Shown piece after piece: positions 1-12,636 of a DNA stretch of 64,000 nt. The DNA lies in the NCBI RefSeq assembly GCF_006345805.1, contig NC_043020.1, forward strand, positions 7,130,001-7,194,000, read 5' to 3'. The position numbers were made by a program, and so were the translations under genes. Below the pieces are notes generated by a model, which was not told the DNA's origin, ran no database searches, and saw only the letters and a program-made list of their open reading frames with translations. The first letter of the stretch is position 1. Each line of letters begins with the position of its first letter. Source of the DNA: Octopus sinensis. Taxonomy: Eukaryota.

Positions 1-177
1 ATGTGGAGCCACACAGAGTGCAAATACTGATAGGGCACAGAAAGTGTGTCAATAACCAGCTGGAGGAGATGTCTTCCTGGGGCTACAGGCTACAGTAGCA
101 TCCACCCATAAGGGTTACAGACACTTAGGTGGCAAATATACTTCACAATGTCATACAGCTACTGTTTATACCTCACT

Positions 178-230
<53 letters not shown>

Positions 231-308
231 CAATATAAACAATTGCAACGTGGAAGGTGTTTATAAGCCATTTAAGAAATACACAAAAACCGTTAGATTC
301 ACTTCAAG

Positions 309-450
309 ATTTAAATTTAATTTGCGAAAATATTTTCGTCGCTTTGAGACTGACCTGTTCACTGACAAAACACCCATGCAGCACAGAATTTTGTCAGTGA
401 ACAGGTCGATCTCAAAATGACGAAAATATTTTGACAAATTAAATTTAAAT
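309..450. repeat. Imperfect inverted repeat at the end of a TA-inserted repeat
   Basis: ATTTAAATTTAATTTG...CTGTTCACTGACAAAA versus TTTTGTCAGTGAACAG...CAAATTAAATTTAAAT. Confidence 0.8.
390..438 (+). ncRNA. Hammerhead-like motif with compensatory G3:C8 core
   Basis: UUUGUCA-GUGAACA-G GUC..GAC-GAAA AUAU UU U-UGACAAA: 7-bp stem I, palindromic stem III, UUU triplet. Mirror copy at about 321-370 (-) has a damaged stem I. Confidence 0.45.
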
Positions 451-1607
451 GGGCATGGCTGTGTGGTTAGGGAGCTTGCTTCCTAGCTACATGGTTTCGG
501 GTTCAGTCCCACTGCGTGGCACTTTGGGTAGGTGTCTTCCGCTATAGCCTCGAGCCGACCGAAGCTTTGTGATTGAATTCGGTAGGCGGAAGTTACTGCC
601 GTGTGTGTACATGTGCGTGTAGGTGCTCAGTGCCTCTCCGAAAGAGAGAGAGGGGATGACGTGAATCTAATGGTCTTTTTGTGTTTTTAAATGGCTTATA
701 AACACCTTTCATGCTGCAATTGTTTTCGTTCCAGCACACAATCTCATATCAGGTCTCTTGCTATGCAAGTACATCTCCGTAATATATATGCAAGTACTGT
801 GGATTGACTCTTGACCAATGCCTCCATCTACCAAATTTCACTCACAAGCCATTGGTTAACCGAAGGCTATGATGAAAAGTGTTACCACTTGACGAATGTG
901 TAGGTTCCACGCCCTAAGATTGAACACAAAACCATGTGGTTGGCTGAGAAGCAAACTTCTTAACCACACAGCTATGCATTATGCAACATAAACAACATCA
1001 TTGATAGATATTTTATGCTAGAGAAGGGCAAAATAGGGAAATGCAACAATCTAGTCTGGCCCAAAATACAAGCAGGCATAGGATCAAAGACTTTCCACCT
1101 ATGACCATCCCATCCTTTTCTCAAAGTTTTGTATATCTAGGATTACAATTATCCAATGCGTCCCTCCCTTTGCAAGCTGTTAAGAGTATCACATGAAGGG
1201 GATTTGGCTACAGTTTCTAGCAGGCTGGGCAACTACATACAAGCTCCATTGGAAGTTCCACCTACATGTGAAAAACCATGCTGTAGATACAGCCATCTTT
1301 GGGAAAGACAGAGTTTATTGAAGCAGATTTTCCACAGGTGGAAGCCTTTCCTGTCACCAACCCTCACTTGTTTCCAAACAAGGCAATATTTCCCCATGGC
1401 CAGACATGTTTTTCCATGGAAGACTGGAAATAAACGACACTGCTTGTGTAACAGTAATGCTTATTTACAACAATTATTACATGTCAAGACAAGGATACAC
1501 ACACACACACACATCTATCATATGAAGGAGATTTGATTACTATTTCTAGCAGGTTGGGTGACCACATTGGAAGTTCCAACTGCATGTGAAAAAGCCATGC
1601 GGTAGAC

Positions 1608-1824
1608 CAGTGGTTTTCAACCAGGGTTCCACAGAACCTTAGGGTTCCGCCAGTACAGTGCAGGGGTTCCGCAAGAAGTTATGAAACTGCTAAAATCGGC
1701 AGTAATTTTTAATTCTCCTGTGCAGATATGTGTGCATAAGACTATTAAATTATTGCACAGGGGTTCCTCGAGCCAGTGGAATGTTTCTTTGAGGTACCGC
1801 TCCAGCAAAAAGGTTGAAAAGCAC
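1608..1824. mobile_element. hAT-like MITE
   Basis: Termini CAGTGGTTTTCAACC ... GGTTGAAAAGCAC; similar ends at about 33600, 35630 and 37110. Confidence 0.55.
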
Positions 1825-2031
1825 ATATGAAAGTGACCCTCGAGATCAAGACAAGGACATACACGCACCCACATGCCTATCATATGAAGGTGTATTGAAC
1901 TGCAGCTATTTTTTTGTGTCTTGGAGAATCTAAAATTCTAGTGTCTCTCATAAATTTCTCTCCAACTTCTTTTCCTGAAGAAAGACTGCCCAAAATGTTG
2001 AATTTCCCACTCATCATCATCATAATTTAAC

Positions 2032-2450
2032 ATGGCTGTGTGGTAAGTAGCTTGCTTACCAACCACATGGTTCCAGGTTCAGTCCCACTGTGTGGCACCT
2101 TGGGCAAGTGTCTTCTACTATACCCTCAGGCCAACCAAAGCCTTGTGAGTGGATTTGGTAGACGGAAACTGAAAGAAGCCCATCGTATATATGTATATGT
2201 GTGTGTGTGTGTGTGTGTGTTTGTGTGTATACGTTTGTGTGTCTGTGTTCGCCCCCACCCCCACCCCACCATCGCTTGACAACCGATGCTGGTGTGTTTA
2301 TGTCCCGTAACTTAGCAGTTTGGCAAAAGAGACCGATAGAATAAGTACTAGGCTTGCAAAGAATAAGTCCTGGGTTTGATTTGCTCGACTAAAGGCGGTG
2401 CTCCAGCATGGCCACAGTCAAATGACTGAAACAAGTAAAAGAGTAAAGAG
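2032..2450 (+). mobile_element. tRNA-derived SINE family A
   Basis: Head GGCTGTGTGGTAAG...GGTTCAGTCCC (A/B-box-like), internal (TG)n, GAGTAAA tail. Other + copies at about 32590-33000, 37245-37620, 45860-46190, 49350-49620, 49895-50240. Confidence 0.85.
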
Positions 2451-2784
2451 TATCCATTGTCTGTGCTGGCATTAGCTGGATGGTTTGACCAAGACTGGTA
2501 AGCTAGAGATCTATCCCAGACTTCAATCTGATTTGCCATGGTTTCTACGGCTGGATGCCCTTCCTGAAGCCAACCATTATACAGAGTGTAATACGAGTGC
2601 CTTTATCTACCACCAGCATGGCTGCCAGTTGCATAACACCAGTATCTGCTACAACTACGATTTCTCTTGGTTTGGTGGGTCTTCTGCTCAAGCACAACAG
2701 TTTGGCAAAGTCTGGGGTAGATCTCCAGTTTACCAGTCTTGGTCAAACCAGCCAACTAATGCCAGCACAGACAATGGATACTCT

Positions 2785-3178
2785 TTACTCTTTTTTTTTA
2801 CTGCGGCCATGCTGGAGCACCACCTTTAGTTGAGCAAATCGACCCCAGGACTTATTCTTGTAAGCCTAGTACTTATTCTATCGGTCTCCTTTGCCGAACC
2901 GCTAAATTACGGGGACGTAAACACACCAGCATCGGTTGTCAAGCGATGTTAGGGGGACAAACACAGACACACAAACATATACACACACTCATACATACAT
3001 ACATATATATATATACGACAGGCTTCTTTCAGTTTCCGTCTACCAAATCCACTCACATGGCTTAGGTCGGCCCGAGGCTATAGTAGAAGACACTTGCCCG
3101 AGGTGCCACGCAGTGGGAATGAACCTGGAACCATGTGGTTGGTAAGCAAGCTACTAACCACACAGCCACTCCTATGCC
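2785..3178 (-). mobile_element. SINE family A
   Basis: Reverse copy of the 2032-2450 family. Confidence 0.85.
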
Positions 3179-3849
3179 TATATATACCTATGTATATATA
3201 CATCATCTCTTGCCTAATTATACACACAACACACACATACACAAACATATATAAGGTGGGTGTGTGTGTGTGTGTACGTTAAATACATTTTCAAAATTAT
3301 TTAAATGCCTGATAATAATTGGAACAAAACATCACCCACACACATATATACACACACACACACACATACATAGTGTTTCTTTATACACACACATACACAA
3401 ATATAGCAAAACAGTGCTTCTATTAAATGTGCCGTGAGAGTTTGTGTATGTGTGTGCATGCGTGGGGGGTTGACTGGTTAACTTTGATGTAGTTCACAGA
3501 GAGAAAAGATGTGAACCGCAACAAGTGACACAACTCGTCCAACGCAGGCAACAGAAAGAACAGCTATGAAATAATAATGATGATGGTGGTAACTATGGTA
3601 ATGATGATGATGATGGTGGTATAGTTTACAGAACAATTAAGTCGACTTCATTTTCAGAATTACTTTCAATTATTTGTTTGAAAATGTAAAAGAAAAGAAA
3701 AAAAAAAGAGTTAAAAAAAGAATATTCTTTAAATAAAAACAAAGAAATGTATGCATACCCAGACACACAATGTATATTTTTATTTATATCTTAGTTCTAT
3801 TATAACAATGAGTCTAGTAACATACATACATATATATATAAATATGTAT

Positions 3850-3958
3850 TATTTAAAAGCAGCAGAAATATAACAAAACCTGTTACTCAGAGTTTAACGT
3901 TCCCGGGAACGTGAAACTCTGAGTAACATGTTTTATTATATTTCTACTGCTTTTAAAT
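3850..3958. repeat. Foldback centred on ACGTTCCCGGGAACGT
   Basis: About 54-bp arms with few mismatches. Confidence 0.8.
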
Positions 3959-4069
3959 AAAGCATATTACTCTACCTCTGGTATTTGAGTACTCTTTTTT
4001 CCACCTTGTTTCACATTTATGTGCTTACTCCAGTATATGGATATGTATGTATATATACACACACACATA

Positions 4070-4490
4070 CCTTTCCCTTTTTACTTGTTTCAGTCATTTG
4101 ACTGCGGCCATGCTGGAGCACCACCTTTAATCGAGCAACTCGACCTCGGGACTTATTCTTTTGTAAGCCCAGTACTTATTCTATCGGTCTCTTTTGCCGA
4201 ACCGCTATGTAACGGGGACATAAACACACCAGCATCGGTTGTCAAGCAATGCTAGGGGGACAAACACAGACACACAAACATACACACAAATACATATATA
4301 TATATATATATATGTATACATATATATGTGATGGGCTTCTTTCAGTTTCCGTCTACCAAATCTACTCACAAGGCTTTGGTCGGCCTGAGGCTATAGTAGA
4401 AGACACTTGCCCAAGGTGCCACGCAGTGGGACTGAACCCGGAACCATGTGGTTGGTAAACAAGCTACTTACCACACAGCCACTCCTGCAC
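4070..4490 (-). mobile_element. SINE family A
   Basis: Full-length reverse copy; others at about 16585-16910, 18330-18750, 24480-24870, 42920-43330, 52330-52730. Confidence 0.85.
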
Positions 4491-6403
4491 CTGTGTATAT
4501 GTATGTATAAATATATATATACACACACACACATCATTATTGTTTAAATGTGGCTCTCCATGTTGGCGTTTGGTTGACAGTTCAACAGGATCCAATGAGC
4601 CAGAGAACTGTGCCAAACTCCAAATATTCAGCTTGGTATGGTTCCCTCTACAGCCAGATGCCCTTCCTAATGCCAACCACTTTGTAAAGTGCACTGGGCG
4701 CATTTTTTCCTTAGTGCACCAATCATGAAAAATGCACCCAAAACATCCTGTAAGGTTGCCTTCAGGGCCTTGAGGGGCTGCCTATATAACTGAAAGGGAA
4801 TAGGAGAAAGAGAGGACGGGATGAGTTTAGGTGAGGGGGTGATGAGAAGAATAGAGGGGACACTTTAGGGAAAGGAGGGAGGATGGAAGAACAGGGGACA
4901 GAGAAGAGGATGGAGATATCATCACATTATATATCAATTGCTGGTAGGAGCACCATATTTTGCTTGACAACCACAGTGTTTTAAAGGGTTTTAAGCCAAT
5001 ATTGTCCTTTTCTGTTAGCAGTGCAATTCAATCACTTAAGTGTTTCTCTTCAGATTTTCTATAGAATTTCGAGCCAACGTAAAAAACACCAACAAATTGT
5101 GGCCGTTGCTAGCCTCCCCTGGCACCTGTTCCGGTGGCACGTAAAAAGCACCCACTACACTCACGGAGTGGTTGGCGTTAGGAAGGGCATCCAGCTGTAA
5201 AAACACTGCCAGATCAGATTGGAGCCTGGTGCAGCCTCCTGGCTTCCCAGACCCCGGCCGAACCGTCCAACCCATGCTAGCATGGAAAACGGACGTTAAA
5301 CGATGATGATATATATATATATTCGGGAATGTAGATTATGTGTCGTAGAAGTTTCGAACATAAAAATAAGGAAATAAAAAAATTAATGCTAAAGAAAATA
5401 TGGACTCTGGTGGTAAAATAAACGGTGGAGGAGGGAAAGAGAGAAAGAAACGATTTCAAACACCTCAATAATACTTTTGTTTTTTGTAAATATTGTCAAC
5501 ATAACCGTAATCTATGCACTTGATAACGTATACCTGCAAAATTTCATTTAAAAATATAAGTTTTTCAAAAAGTTATGAAGAACAAATTGCTGGGGCACCA
5601 AACTGTAGTTATGCCTGCAAATATTATAACTAGTTATGTTGTTATAACGCAAACTAGTTATGTTGTTTGCGTATGTGCATGGATGTTGTGTGTGGTGTGT
5701 GTGTGTGTGACAGTAGGTTGTCTTGGTATAACAAACAACGAAAACAGTTCCACATTTACCGAATTCTGTGACACAATAATTATATTTAGGTAAGTTTCCA
5801 AAGAGCCAAACTTGGTTATCCACCCACGCCAGTAACCAACTACATTAAACCTCCGAAAGGCAGGAGGCAAGCAAGCAGTCTGTCCGTCTTTCTACCGATT
5901 CTGCACATCCAAATAATAATAATAATTATTATTATTATTTCTACTATAAGCAGAAGGCTTGAGATTTGAGGGGAGGGGGACTAGTCGATTACGTCGACCC
6001 CAGTGCGTAACTGGTACTTATTTAATCGACCTCGAAAGGATGAAAGGCAAAGCTGACCTCGGCTGAATTTGAACTCAGAACGTAGCGAATTCCTACTATA
6101 GGCACAAGGCCTGAAATTTGAGGGGAGGGGGACTAGTCGATTACATCGACCCCAGTGCGTAACTGGTACTTATTTAATCGACCTCGAAAGGATGAAAGGC
6201 AAAGCTGACCTCGGCTGAATTTGAACTCAGAACGTAGCGAATTCCTACTATAGGCACAAGGCCTGAAATGAAGGGGGGGTGGACTAGTCGATTATATCGA
6301 CTCCAGTGCTCAACTGGTATTTATTTTATTGACCCCCGAAAAGATGAAAGGCAAAGTCTACCTCGGCAGAATAACAAGAGCAGCAACAAGAAATGATGAG
6401 AAA

Positions 6404-6442
<39 letters not shown>

Positions 6443-6631
6443 CACCCGCAAGGTCATGAGCTGTTTATCTTGATATGAGATCACCATGTCACACACATAT
6501 GGTTGTGATGCATGTGTCTGGTGTACCCTTATCAGACGGGTAGTCATGATGGGTATACTGGGCTTCGTATATTTGTACCCCGGTGTCACTTTGATGGCAT
6601 GCACTGCTCTCTCACTCAATAATAATAACAA

Positions 6632-7015
6632 CAAGAGCACTCAGAGAGTGCAAACCTCCGCCAAGGCAACACCAATGTCCTCTCAATGATTAGCCAGAGA
6701 TGATTTTTAAAATGAGAATATCTGAAATAAACTCTACTGCTCTCACAAACGAGAATACTAAAAATGAACTCGACCGCTCTCAAAAATTTAGTAAAAAAAA
6801 AAACAGGAAAAGTAATCCAGAATCCTCGTCCGGTACCGCATCGATCCCAAAATCTAATAAGTTCGTGTCAGTCATAAGGCCAAACATGCCCGAAAGTTTC
6901 GTTTCATCCGAATCCATCCAGCGATTCTTGAGATGTCTTGTCCACGGACAAACAAACAAACAAACAAACACGACTGAAAACAATACCTCTGCTTTCTCTA
7001 AGACGGAGTAATAAT
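6632..7015. mobile_element. Helentron-associated-like (HINE-type) element
   Basis: ACCTCCGCCAAGG near the start, (ACAA)n, and a degenerate terminal hairpin CCTCTGC...GACGGAG followed by TAATAA. Confidence 0.4.
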
Positions 7016-7800
7016 AAGTCTATTACAGGCTGAAGGTCTGAAATTTAGTGAGTGGGGGGGACTAGCTGATTACTAACGATCCCAGTTCTCGGCAGATACT
7101 TTTTTATCGACTCTGATAGGATGAAAGCCAAGTCGACCACGGTAGAATCTGAAACTAAACACAACAGCAACAATAATCCTTTCTATTATAGGCACAATTT
7201 TTTTTGTGGGGGTGAGGAGACTAATTGATTACACGGACCCGAAATGCTCGAAATTTCAGACGAAATATCTTATAAACTATAGAATTTTCTCAATAAAGCC
7301 AAGAAAAAAAATGATGTTTTATAAACACATTCTACCAGTATACGAAGTTTAAAAGTGTTTAGTTAACTAGAAATTGTGTTGACATGTGCCGTTCAAAAGG
7401 GAAAGATTCCTTATTTCATCGCTTCTCGGAAGGATGAAAAGCAAAGTCGACCTCGGGGGGGAATTTCAACATGGAACGTAAGGACAGACGAAATGCCGCT
7501 AAGCGTTTTATCCGGCGTACTAACGATTCTGCCAGCTCGAATAACAATAATTCCTTTCATTGGCCAGAAGGGCCCAAGACATTGAGGACTACACCAAAAG
7601 ACAAAACGCAACACACAACGGTTGGGGGTGCCGTTGGGGTTTGCATCGACCAAAGGGAGATTCAACAATAAGGATTACAACAATAGAATTCGGAAAAATA
7701 AGAAGAATCCCCAAAAGCGATGCAGTCCATCTCAGGTGGTGGTCATAATGATGATAATATTTTTAAAAGGATTGACGTAACTCTTCACAAAGGTAAACGG

Positions 7801-8063
7801 TCAAGATAAAGGGCGCGATTCGATTTTAATAGATATTTTATTGGTTGAACGATATTTCAACAGTAAGTTTTGTCTTTGTCAAGATCAAAATAAGAAGGTG
7901 ATAAAAGTTCAAATTTGCAGAAATTTTGAATTTTTATCACTTCTTATTTTGAACTTGACAAAGACAATACTTACTGTTGAAATATCGTTCAACCAATAAA
8001 ATATTTTTATGTTCGGGTCAGACCCTTTAGTTTGACCATTTCGAATCGCGCTCTTCATCTTGA
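7801..8063. mobile_element. MITE-like foldback element
   Basis: About 80-bp inner arms (7833-8004) plus 23-bp outer arms TCAAGATAAAGGGCGCGATTCGA / TCGAATCGCGCTCTTCATCTTGA. Confidence 0.65.
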
Positions 8064-9269
8064 CTACTACTACTACGACTACTACTACTAAGAAGAACAA
8101 TAAGAAGAATAAGAAGAAGAAGAGAACAAGAACAACAACAAAACCTGTGATAATGAGAAATTACCTTAATTTTGATGATGATGATAATATTTGCCACAAG
8201 GACATCAGATGAGAGGGATAATACAAAGACAGTTTACAATTTATGAGGGGAGAAGTTGCCAAAAAGGTGAGAGGAAGAAATGGAAAGGGACGGGTGGGGG
8301 AGAAGAAATGAGATAAAACTATTATGTATGAAACACTAGTGTAGCTAGAGTGTGTGCCGCCCGGGGTGGCCCTTCCGTGTGTCGCCCCCGGACCCCACAA
8401 AAAACACATATTGCTAACAGCAGTATGAAAAGTGCTGCCCCTTTAAAAGTGCCGCCCGGGGAGGACCGCCCCTACCTCTAGCTACTCTAAGTGAGTATAC
8501 AAAATAAGTGAACACATTTTACGATGCAGTTTTCCTGATAGAGCAAAAACCTCCAGGTAGGGCTAATCAAGGAACCCCACAGATCCTGGTTTCAAATTTT
8601 GGCACAAGACCAGTAACTTCATAGAAGCAGGTAAGTCGATCAGATCGACCCTAGAGATTAACTGGTACTTATTTTATCGACTCCAGCAGAATTTGAACTC
8701 AGAACGTAAAGGCAGACGAAACGCTGTTGAGTCTTTTGCCCGGCGTGCAAACATTTCCGCCAGCTCACCACCTTCAATAATAATAATAATTAATTCTTTT
8801 TATTGGCCACAAGGGCTGACACACATGATTAGAAAACATAAAGGGACAAAACAGGACGAAAGGTTACAAAGGGTTTTGTCCGTTTGTGTAAAAACAGTGT
8901 AACAATGAAATAATATAACAACGAAAAACTTTCAAAAGGGGGAGGCGTTACGAAAGGTTCCTGATGGAAAAAAACCCATAAAAGCCAACGGGAGCCTGGT
9001 CAATAATAATAATAATGGTTTCGGTTAATGTTCTGACACAAGGCCAGCAATGTCATGAGAGAGGTTAAGTTGATCACATCGACTGAACGCCCCCCCCCCA
9101 CACACACACATACGGTAATCAAACGGTATTTTATTGATAACGGAAAACTGAAGGGCAAAGTCGACCTCGCTGGAATTTGAACTCAGAACGTAAAGACGGG
9201 CGAAATGCTGCTAAGCATTTCACCCGGCACAATTACGATTCTGTAAGTTCGCCATCTTAACAATCACAA

Positions 9270-10850
9270 GTATTAAAAGTTAAAATTCCTCGCCCGAATA
9301 AATTTTCGTAGGAGCCTATTGTTTTTTGAAAGAGGGACATTCGTAATCCTTGCCTGGATTTGAACTCCGGAAATAATACGGACAACAATAAATACATAAA
9401 ACAGTGAAACGAAAGCAGTGTTCCAACATGGGCGCAGTGCAATAGATGGAACCAGTTAAAGACATGAATCTTTAAAAAATGTTAAAATATTGATCTGGAA
9501 AGCAGTGCTCCAGTATGGGCGGAAACTAGTCAAAGAGTAAAATTCTCAAGAATTTCGTTGTCCAAACGAACACAATTTTAAAACTCCAAATTCCTCGCCA
9601 AAAACAAAAGCGAAATTTTAAAAAATCAAAACAATTCGGTATCTGCTGCTTTGAACGAGGGGCATTAATAATTCTTGACTGGATTCGAACCTGGAGCGCA
9701 AAAACAAAATTAAACTGAACGTAGTTTTCAGTAGTGTCGTAGCATGGTCTGAAACTGGTCAAAAAGTGGAAGAATTCCTAAGAATTTCCATGTTTAAACG
9801 AATATAACTTTTAAAACTTAAAATTTCTCGCTAAAACATGAGCAAAAAAAAAACAAAAACGGAAGAGTTTCAAAGACAATTCGGTATCTGCTGCTTTGAA
9901 AAAATATCAGAGGTAATTCTCGGCTGCATTCGCACTTGAACGTAAATAAGGCAACAATAAATGTACAAAACTTAGAGGCAAAATAGTGCCCCAGCATGGG
10001 CTGAAGCCAGTTAACGAGTTGAAGAAATCGTAAGAATTTCTATGTCCAAACGAACACAAGTTTTAGAACTTAGAATTCGTCGCTAAAACGGATGAAAAGA
10101 AGAAAAAAACTTTCGAAAACAATTGTCTACCTGCCTGTTTTGAAAGTGTCAAAGGTAATTCTTGGCTATATTTGAACTTGACATAAATAGGGTCAACAAC
10201 AGACAATGTACAAAACTGAACTATAAGCAGAGCCCCAGCATGGTCGGAAACCAGCAAAAAAAAAAAAAAAAAAAAAAAAGATTCCGAAGAATTTCCATGT
10301 CCAAACAAAAACGAGTTTTCAAACTTGAAATTCATCGCAAGAAGGATTTTTAAGAAAGGGAAATTTTCGAAGACAACTCTCTACCTGTTGTTTTGGCAGG
10401 AGAAATAGGGCAACAATAAATAATAATAATTATTATTATTTCTACTCTAGACAAAAAGCCATGAAAATTTTGGGGAAGGAAACTAGTCGATTACATCGAC
10501 ATGAGTGCATAACTGGTACTTATTTCATTGACTATTTCCATAGTAAAAAAATAGGTACTTATTTCATTGACCTCGAAAGGGTGCCCCAGCATGGTTGGAA
10601 ACCAGCCAAAACGAAAAAAGAAAAATAGAATTCCCAAAAATTTCCATGTCGAAACAAACAAGTTTTGAAACTTAAAATACATCGTCAAAAAGAATTTTAT
10701 TTTTTCTTTGAAAGAGAATTTTTCGAAGACAATTCTCTACCTGTTGTTTTGGCAGAATTCGAACTGGGGTAAATAAGGCCAGATTAAGAAGTGAACAAAA
10801 CCAGTGAAAAAGTACAAGAATTTCCATGTCCAAAACGTACACATACAAAA
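9270..10850. repeat. Degenerate tandem array with a unit of about 230-255 bp
   Basis: GAATTTCCATGTCCAAAC-like motif at about 9550, 9783, 10033, 10289, 10639 and 10818. Confidence 0.8.
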
Positions 10851-10869
10851 GAGGGATTTCGATACGTAC

Positions 10870-11139
10870 CTGCTGTTTAGGAAGAGAGGCATTGGTATTC
10901 TTTTGAGGACTTTCGCATGCGAAAGTTGATTTGGAAGGAAAGGGAGGCGGCGTGCACCATCCGTAGTGTATGGCACCACAGGTAAGTTGGAGCTGCTTGA
11001 GTTCGGGTACATCGCAGACGGGACAGTAGTGGACGGAGCGCTGCCAGTGGATGTCAAGTTTGCTGCTGTAGTACAAAGTCAACCGGGAATAAAGAACTTG
11101 GGCAGAAGCAACTTTGGTCACCACATGCCTCTGCTGCAT
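10870..11139 (-). CDS. Candidate alternative first coding exon (90 codons, MQQRHVV...YCPVCDVPEL...PKQQ), probably of the same B'' gene
   Basis: Unique GC-richer sequence with a strong run of C/G-ending codons in this frame (TAC TAC AGC AGC...GAC ATC CAC TGG CAG CGC TCC GTC CAC TAC). Ends at phase-0 donor CAG|GTACGT (10870/10869), same strand and phase as the 61k exon. No homology recognised. Confidence 0.5.
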
Positions 11140-11759
11140 GCTACTACTACGACGACTACTACCACAAGAGCAGCAACAACTGCCTCTTCTACTACTACTA
11201 CTTCTACTATTTCTATAATGCCACTGCCAAAGACTTCGACAACGCAGCCCTTCTTTTTTTGGCAGATGGCAAGAACTTTTCAGCAGAGGCCGAAGAAACG
11301 GCGTCGGCGGCGTCAGAGGAAGAAGCAGCAGTAATCGTAATAGTAGTAGTAATAAATGGTACTAATCGCGATGGTGGTGGTGCTGGTGTTGGTACCGAAA
11401 GGTGGAGGAGAGGATAACTCATCACACAATAGTTAAATAGCCAGATGCCAAGAGCAATAGCGAAAAAAAAAATACAACAAAATTAACGAATAAATAAATA
11501 GTTTGGCGAAGTGATTCTCCGTTTCTTTCAGACCAAAACTCCACAAACTTGATGTAAACCCCAAAAAACTTATCCAAAAAACAAATTATCCAAAGTTTCC
11601 TTAAGTTTGCTTCTGTCTTTTTTTTTTGTTGTTGTTTTCCTTTTTCCCTTTTCCGTTCGTTTTTTTGTTTTGGTTTTTTCTGCTTCTTCTTCCTGAGGTA
11701 AAGGACCGAAATATTATTTACTAGTATTTACTAGTATCACTGCTATTTCGTAGTGGTGT

Positions 11760-12375
11760 TACTACGATGATAGCAGTTTCCTACTTACTGTTATTTCAGC
11801 GAAGGCGAAGACGGCGGCGGCGGTTGCCCTCCCCCCATACGTAGATATATATATGTGTATATATATATTATATATATGTATATAAAAAGATCCGAGTTCT
11901 ATATTGAAGATACAAATGCGATTGAGGTAGAAATAATTCAAAACGAGGAGTGTAAAAAAAAACACGTAAAACTGTATATAAAAATATATATTCGTGTATG
12001 TGTGCGTGTAAATATATATATATATATATATGTGTGTGTGTATTAGCCGCTAGTTTAAGGCGAGAGAGAGAGAGAGGAAAACACGTGTTCCTCCTCTTCT
12101 CAAAAAAGTTTGGTCTCCTGAACGTACAAGAAAAAGATGGTGTTGGCGTAGTTGTAGTTGTTGGTGATGATGATGATGATGATAGGAGTTATGTGGAGGG
12201 AAGAGGAGGTGTGTGTGTGAGTGCCAGTAGACTGGTAGAGAGTGGGAGGAAGGAGGGAGGGAGAGAGAGAATGAGAGCCAATGGTGTGGGTTTTAAGCAG
12301 GCAACACTAACTACCAAATATCCTTGATGATAAAATAAACAGAACCAAAAACGAAACGAATGCCAGAACACACAC

Positions 12376-12417
<42 letters not shown>

Positions 12418-12600
12418 TATATGTGTGTGTGTATACATATATATATTCATATATACACATATACATATATACATATACATACATATATATACATATATAC
12501 ATACATATACATATATACATATATACATACATATATATATATACATATATATATATACATACATATATATATACACATACATATATATACACATACATAT

Positions 12601-12636
<36 letters not shown>

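Noticed and set aside
2032-2100. tRNA-like heads of SINEs
   Set aside because: They continue into SINE bodies and I saw no complete cloverleaf; not tRNA genes.
10881-10981. Plus-strand AG...CAG|GTAAGT pseudo-exon and the plus ORF 10966-11334
   Set aside because: No other plus-strand gene evidence; the ORF is the in-register antisense of the GC3-biased minus ORF.
10870-11012. Alternative minus frame MYPNSSSSNLPVV...LNS (phase 2 at the same donor)
   Set aside because: Codon bias and phase compatibility favour the other frame; not fully excluded.
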